Source: a virus. Taken from it: a stretch of DNA of 46,453 nucleotides. The stretch lies in the UHGV virus genome UHGV-1365003. One strand, 5' to 3'. The notes under the pieces were generated by a model. It saw only the letters and a program-made list of their open reading frames with translations, ran no database searches and was not told the DNA's origin. The position numbers were made by a program, and so were the translations under genes. Positions 41,790-46,453 of this stretch are shown here, piece by piece. Within the stretch, counting starts at the first letter, position 1, and every line of letters starts with the position of its first letter.

Positions 41790-42245
41790 CTAAAAACCAT
41801 CAAATATCAATGGCTCTGATGGTTTTTTATAGTTTGGGTAATTTATTGCTCTCCAGTCGTTAAATGCCATCATTGCAGCTTCCCAACCAAGGCATACACA
41901 CGCGAAGGAACCTAATTCTTTTGCCGCCTTTAGGTATGCCATTTGACCGGGCTGCCATTTTGATAAAGTATGATCCATTCTTTTCATCTCCATGACGAAT
42001 GATTGCTTTCCGATGATAATGATGTCTGATGCCCCAAAGTTTAGCGCACCTTTTTTCTTCAGGTTTTCAACTTCATACCCTTTACGCTTTCCTTCATTTG
42101 GTACATGAATCATAACTCTTGCAAAGTCAGGATATAGCTTCCTTATCTGATTAACAAAAGTCTCCAGCTCAGCATCTTCTGACGGGCACTTTTTGTTTCT
42201 GTAATCTAAATTTCCATATACCTTAACGCCTTCTGGAAAAATCAT
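41790..42245 (-). CDS. VRR-NUC domain nuclease (PD-(D/E)xK)
   Basis: GGGGGG RBS. Motif GASDIIIIGKQ...FVMEMKR...LSKWQPGQ..YLKAAKELG fits the VRR-NUC D...E.K core. Confidence 0.6.
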   Translation of the reverse strand: MIFPEGVKVYGNLDYRNKKCPSEDAELETFVNQIRKLYPDFARVMIHVPNEGKRKGYEVENLKKKGALNFGASDIIIIGKQSFVMEMKRMDHTLSKWQPGQMAYLKAAKELGSFACVCLGWEAAMMAFNDWRAINYPNYKKPSEPLIFDGF

Positions 42246-44107
42246 AATACCCCCCAATACATGCCTTTAACGTTGAAATATTTACTACCCTTATCTCTTC
42301 TGAACATAATCACTGATGGCGCGACAGCCTCATCTCTTTTAGATATTGCATCATCAATTGACATGTTATGTTCACCAAAGCACTTCTCACAAAATTCTTC
42401 CCACTCCTTCTTCATCCATTCTTTCTCAGAGTTTGGATTGTAGAACTTGCTAACAAAAAATGGTTTCTGTTCAATAGCAAATTTTACGTGCACCAAATCT
42501 TCACCGCTTGAAACGTAATGCTTCATGATGTTCATCATGGTTACGCTTGATTGCTTTGTTGAATAAGGAGAAGAATCAAGCCTGTCAGCTTCTTCTTTTA
42601 GCTTTTGGTTTGGGTCAATGATTTCAGCACCGCATGATGTGCAGTTTCTTGCCGCTATATCATTTTCAAATCCACAATCAGGACACTCTTTCACCGACCA
42701 CTTATAAGTACACCTGTGCATTTCCCTTAATGGCCCGTGCATAACGTAGTTTTTACACCTCCTCCCAAAATGAGCAGGCATAGGCTTGCTTCCAATTTTT
42801 TCACCTGATTTATCAAAAATATCAATCATCACCCTGTCACTAGCCAAATCAAGCCAGTAACCTTCCTTGTCAACTTCAAGATTTTCAGGATTTGGACGCA
42901 CACCAAATTCATTAATAAAGCCACAAAGAGGGCATTTGACATCCATTGGCACGGATGGTTTTTTCCTTGTTGCTTTTATTTCTGGAGTAAACAAGTCTCC
43001 AGTCTCAGAAAAGTGGCGCTGAATGTTGCCTGCGTAATCGCTGACAAGAAAGTCTTCCTTACCTTCATAAAGACGCGTCCCCCTGCCAATTATTTGCTGG
43101 TAGAGTCTTGGTGATTCTGTGGCTCTCATTACTGCTATGTGATCACAATGAGGAACATCCACCCCTACAGTAAGGATATTCTGGTTAACGATGTATTTAA
43201 CTTTTTGTGCCTTGAAGTCTGATATTGCCTTGTTGCGATCTGCTGTTGGCATATCACCAAAAACATAACTATAAGAACCGGGAGGAAGTGACTCCATTAT
43301 CTCCATAGCGTGTTTCTTGGTGCTGGCAAAAATCATCGTTCCGCGCCGATTAACAGAGCGACGGATAATATCTTCAACAATACGTGATGTTTTTCTTCCT
43401 TTGCCAACCATCGCCTTTTCAACTGAAGATGTTGTATACCTACCAAACTTATCCTTTTCAAGACAAGACGTATCATACTCGTCAAAAACAGGCTCTGTCA
43501 CTGGAGGCGTAAGGTATCCGTTTTCGATGAGAAATTTAGCTTCAAGCTCATAAACGACTTTGTCGTAATATGGGTCTATGGCTGTTTCTTCATCTGTAGG
43601 ACCGTCGAGGTAATGCTCTTTGTAGATGTATCCAGTTCCAAGGCGATAAGGCGTAGCGGTCATTCCAATAACACGCAGTTTTGGATTGCGACGCTTCATC
43701 TCATTAATAATAAATTTAATGGTTGGCGTTATTCCATCACATTCATCAATAATGACAGCGCCATACTTATCACCAAACATCTCTATTGAGTTCTTTATGG
43801 TTACTGGTGAACCAAATACTACAGGATGACGCAGGTTTTTGGGACCAGCTTTTGCACTGAACATGCTGGCTGGTTCTCCTGTAAGGAGATATTTAGCGCG
43901 ATTTTGTGTGACGAGTTCCGCTGTGGGAGCAATGCACAAAACTCGCTTTTTGCTCATACCATAAATACGAGATGCAAGTTCTGCTACAACCATAGATTTT
44001 CCTGCACCTGTCGGGAGGATGATAACGCATGATGAGATGGTGCTGCGAATGTGTGCCATAGCTGAATCCACAGCTTCTTGTTGGTATGGCCTTAGTGTGT
44101 ATTTCAT
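42242..44107 (-). CDS. SF2 (DEAD/DEAH-box type) DNA helicase with C-terminal zinc-ribbon region
   Basis: Motif I ILPTGAGKSMV. Motif II VIIDECD. Motif III MTATP. Motif VI QIIGRGTR. C-terminal CPLCG...CPDCG...CTSCG. Confidence 0.8.
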   Translation of the reverse strand: MKYTLRPYQQEAVDSAMAHIRSTISSCVIILPTGAGKSMVVAELASRIYGMSKKRVLCIAPTAELVTQNRAKYLLTGEPASMFSAKAGPKNLRHPVVFGSPVTIKNSIEMFGDKYGAVIIDECDGITPTIKFIINEMKRRNPKLRVIGMTATPYRLGTGYIYKEHYLDGPTDEETAIDPYYDKVVYELEAKFLIENGYLTPPVTEPVFDEYDTSCLEKDKFGRYTTSSVEKAMVGKGRKTSRIVEDIIRRSVNRRGTMIFASTKKHAMEIMESLPPGSYSYVFGDMPTADRNKAISDFKAQKVKYIVNQNILTVGVDVPHCDHIAVMRATESPRLYQQIIGRGTRLYEGKEDFLVSDYAGNIQRHFSETGDLFTPEIKATRKKPSVPMDVKCPLCGFINEFGVRPNPENLEVDKEGYWLDLASDRVMIDIFDKSGEKIGSKPMPAHFGRRCKNYVMHGPLREMHRCTYKWSVKECPDCGFENDIAARNCTSCGAEIIDPNQKLKEEADRLDSSPYSTKQSSVTMMNIMKHYVSSGEDLVHVKFAIEQKPFFVSKFYNPNSEKEWMKKEWEEFCEKCFGEHNMSIDDAISKRDEAVAPSVIMFRRDKGSKYFNVKGMYWGVL

Positions 44108-44481
44108 AAATCAAATCCCTCACACCATGCAACAACATACTCACACTGCTCAACATTGAACATGCCAATGTGACATTGCTCTTTGTAAATACCCATGCTT
44201 TTAGCCAGTGCTGAATAAGCAGCACCACGCGTCATTTTCCCTGATTTCCATAATGGATCAAAAGCGGAGTGTGCTTTACTTTTTGCCTTCCTTAATTCTT
44301 CGTTAGCCACCCTTCCAAGAGGTCTTTTACCATCACCATTTTTATGGCAACCAACATAAGCACCACAAGAATCACATAGATAAAAATTAAGAGATGAAAG
44401 GTCTGGTCTGTGTGGGTAAATTTCACTCCCTTTAGCTAGTCTTGTCGCAATATTGCAGTAATCACAGATAACTTTGTACAT
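44104..44481 (-). CDS. zinc-finger protein (CxxC...CxxC; DUF3268-like, tentative)
   Basis: GGGGG RBS. Sequence MYKVICDYCNIATRL...YLCDSCGAYVGCH. Confidence 0.45.
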   Translation of the reverse strand: MYKVICDYCNIATRLAKGSEIYPHRPDLSSLNFYLCDSCGAYVGCHKNGDGKRPLGRVANEELRKAKSKAHSAFDPLWKSGKMTRGAAYSALAKSMGIYKEQCHIGMFNVEQCEYVVAWCEGFDL

Positions 44482-44494
44482 ACAACCCCCCAAT

Positions 44495-44522
44495 TAAAAG
44501 CCCCGTTACGGGGCTTTATTTA
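44495..44522. terminator. bidirectional hairpin terminator AAAGCCCCgttacGGGGCTTT
   Basis: Perfect stem between two minus-strand genes. Confidence 0.65.
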
Positions 44523-44538
44523 GATAAACATCAAGTCA

Positions 44539-45060
44539 TTAAAAAGGCACGTCAGAGTCGAAGTCCATCGGAGGCTCGTTAGACGGTGCAGATTGCTTAG
44601 GAGCAGATGCTGCTTTTGTCTGTTGACGACTGAAAACACCAGCCACATAGTTACCAGTTTTTTGCTTATCCTCAGACTCCCAAACGCGAAGAAGAAGAAT
44701 CATTGGGCGATTTGCAAGAGCACTGGCAATAGCAAAATCAGTCGGCTCTTTACCTGATGCCATCAGTTTGCCACCAGCATTTGCGTCAATTGCTGCAAGC
44801 ATAGTGATAGCATTGTCACGCTGCTTCTCTTTTGAGCTAAATACTTTCAGTTTCTGGAAGATGATGCGATTTTTATAATCACCCTCAAGGATTCGCCACT
44901 TAAGATTGAAGAATCGCTCACCTTCCCACTGATCGTCTTTACACTCTTCAACGGCAGCAAGAACACGGCTACCATCGGGAATTACCTCGAAACCACCACC
45001 CAACTCAAATTCAGATTTAGATTCAACAGCTTTACCGTCAGAAAGATTCCAGAAACCCAT
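44539..45060 (-). CDS. putative ssDNA-binding protein with SSB-like acidic C-terminal tail (…PPMDFDSDVPF)
   Basis: GAGAGGA RBS. C-terminal DFDSDVPF resembles the SSB-Ct (DDDIPF). Adjacent to Sak4/Gp157. N-terminal fold not recognised from sequence. Confidence 0.45.
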   Translation of the reverse strand: MGFWNLSDGKAVESKSEFELGGGFEVIPDGSRVLAAVEECKDDQWEGERFFNLKWRILEGDYKNRIIFQKLKVFSSKEKQRDNAITMLAAIDANAGGKLMASGKEPTDFAIASALANRPMILLLRVWESEDKQKTGNYVAGVFSRQQTKAASAPKQSAPSNEPPMDFDSDVPF

Positions 45061-45077
45061 TTTTGTGTCCTCTCGAT

Positions 45078-45557
45078 TTATTTGATGATCAGTTTTGGTT
45101 TGCCGTCGGTGATGGCACAACCCTTAATTTCAATCCCGGCTTTTATCGCATTTTTAATTGCTGCATTATCTGCCGACACTTTCACAACTCGGTACTGCTC
45201 AGGAAGCTGTTCAGCAGGAACAAACACATCAAGAACTGGTGACGGCTTGCCAAGAGTGATACTGAACAACTTACCTTTGATATTTGTCTTTCCTGACGCC
45301 ATCATGTTTTGACGAAGATAATCTTTAAGGTTATCAATCTTCGCAACTAAAACACGCTTACGTTCAGAAAGACGGTCAATCTCGGATTTAAGTCCAGCTT
45401 CATCAGCTTCAAGCTCACGAATGTAAGCAGCAACCATTTCAGCCTTTCCTTCAAACTCCTCTTCAATAAGATTGATGGTATCTTCAATCTGCTCCCGTGG
45501 AATATCCTCCATCGCCAGCAGTTCATTAAGCTGTTTGGTTATCTCGTATAGATGCAT
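45078..45557 (-). CDS. Siphovirus Gp157-family protein
   Basis: MHLYEITKQLNELLAM...IEEEFEGKAEMVAAYIRELEADEAGLKSEIDRLSERKRVLVAKIDNLKDYL matches the Gp157 family architecture. Paired with Sak4. Confidence 0.65.
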   Translation of the reverse strand: MHLYEITKQLNELLAMEDIPREQIEDTINLIEEEFEGKAEMVAAYIRELEADEAGLKSEIDRLSERKRVLVAKIDNLKDYLRQNMMASGKTNIKGKLFSITLGKPSPVLDVFVPAEQLPEQYRVVKVSADNAAIKNAIKAGIEIKGCAITDGKPKLIIK

Positions 45558-46368
45558 AATATTTAATCTCACTCAAAAGTGGGTTCTCACCTTTTTCAAA
45601 AGGAATTTCAGGTTCAAGGTTGTATCTGTTTTTTGCATTAACATACCCAACCCGACCGTCACCAGAGGTGATAAGAACTCGCTGACCAGTCTGAACAACC
45701 TTTCCAAACTTAGTGACTTGCCCTTTCTTATCAGTCTCAGTCCCTTTCACAAACTCTTCATTCCGGATATAAATAACAGCATCACTAAGATTCACATAAC
45801 CAGAAACAGAAGCATCATGCATGTCAAGTGTGTAAACAGTGTATTCATCAGCATCAGGGCGATTCTTCATCTTTTTAACACCTGCGTGTGCAAGATAAAT
45901 AATGCTCATCCCTTTTTCTTTGCGAAGATACTTACATGCATTTATTATTTCAGCGTGCATTTCAGAAACAACAATATATCCTTTGTTGTAACCACCAGCC
46001 GCAGAACCTACGTTGTCAACACCGTAATTTTCACAAACCTCATGCTCAAACATTGAATGCAGGCTTGTGATTGAGTCAATTACAAGCGTTTTGTAATTAT
46101 GTTCCTCAGTAATTAATGCGCGTAGCTGTGACAGCAAATCATCCTTTGTGCTTGTTTTGCGTTTAGCGTCAGCGCGCTTCAGAACAGGAAATGAATCAGG
46201 TTTCTTTTCATCATCCCAGTCATCAAAAACACCAGTGATCTCTTCAGCCTGAATAAACACTGGGTTTGGGAATAGCGCCGCAAGAGTTGTCTTGCCTACA
46301 CCTGGAGTACCAACCAATGTTATGATTGGCGCTGCTGGTTTTGGTTTTTGAATCATTGATAAGCTCAT
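45526..46368 (-). CDS. Sak4-like RecA-core ATPase (AAA_24 family single-strand annealing/recombination protein)
   Basis: Walker A GTPGVGKTT. Walker B VIDSIT. Synteny with Gp157 and an SSB-like gene. Confidence 0.7.
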   Translation of the reverse strand: MSLSMIQKPKPAAPIITLVGTPGVGKTTLAALFPNPVFIQAEEITGVFDDWDDEKKPDSFPVLKRADAKRKTSTKDDLLSQLRALITEEHNYKTLVIDSITSLHSMFEHEVCENYGVDNVGSAAGGYNKGYIVVSEMHAEIINACKYLRKEKGMSIIYLAHAGVKKMKNRPDADEYTVYTLDMHDASVSGYVNLSDAVIYIRNEEFVKGTETDKKGQVTKFGKVVQTGQRVLITSGDGRVGYVNAKNRYNLEPEIPFEKGENPLLSEIKYYASIRDNQTA

Positions 46369-46394
46369 AGTGTCCTCTCGATTTAACTCAGCAT

Positions 46395-46440
46395 ATCGCT
46401 GGTGTGACTTAAAGATACGTCAACGTGATGGTAAACGCAA
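46395..46440 (-). promoter_or_regulatory. probable promoter with GTTGACGTATC element for the Sak4 operon
   Basis: Minus strand reads cacGTTGACGTATCtttaagtcacaccagcgatatg. -10 assignment is weak. Confidence 0.3.
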
Positions 46441-46453
46441 TACCTTGACGAAA

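Noticed and set aside
41557-41803. Overlapping 78-aa (+) and 76-aa (-) ORFs across the AACCCCGCttcgGCGGGGTT hairpin
   Set aside because: Both read through a strong bidirectional terminator and a Cys/Gly low-complexity stretch. Neither has an RBS. The region is better explained as a terminator plus non-coding junction.
45472-46056. 194-aa plus-strand ORF inside the Sak4-like gene
   Set aside because: Antisense to a gene with clear Walker motifs. Translation is Ile/Phe/Asn-rich junk without a start context.

Overview
This window reads as a nearly complete tailed-phage (siphovirus-type) genome or prophage segment with a strongly mosaic layout. Throughout, coordinates for ORFs not taken from the supplied track are hand-indexed and may be off by 1-2 nt. 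The plus strand carries an ordered virion module: terminase small and large subunits, portal, MuF-like minor head protein, protease/scaffold, decoration protein, major capsid, head-tail connector and completion genes, major tail protein, tail assembly chaperone, tape measure, gpM/L/K-like proteins, a J-like tip protein, and a tail fibre with a C-terminal S74 chaperone domain. The plus strand also carries a lysis cassette (GH24-lysozyme remnant, lambda-R-like transglycosylase, two-TM holin candidate, Rz with embedded Rz1) and an early region of about a dozen tiny ORFs. The virion module is interrupted at least five times by opposite-strand gene islands. Each island is bracketed by a bidirectional hairpin terminator and most are driven by a recurring promoter element, GTTGACGTAGAT(TGAG)-N-TAGATT/TATAGT. 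A replication/recombination module sits on the minus strand at both ends: a PrimPol-type primase-helicase next to an iteron-plus-AT-rich putative origin on the left, and Sak4-like ATPase, Gp157-family protein, SSB-like protein, SF2 helicase and VRR-NUC nuclease on the right. The most interesting individual features are: a 178-aa diverged DnaN (beta sliding clamp) domain II/III fragment that appears to keep the clamp peptide-binding pocket residues, co-operonic with a ParB-like nuclease-domain protein; a 4-gene moron (superinfection-immunity family protein, DUF2591-like, DUF551) with a perfect sigma70 promoter inside the tail module; a likely inactive GH24 lysozyme remnant with a strong RBS upstream of the functional endolysin; three paralogous HNH-AP2 homing endonucleases plus an unusual K/E/R-rich HNH-motif protein; a Lar-family restriction-alleviation protein; and a tRNA(CAU)-like gene with a ~580-bp unexplained non-coding tract inside the tail gene cluster. 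No integrase, CRISPR array or IS element was seen.
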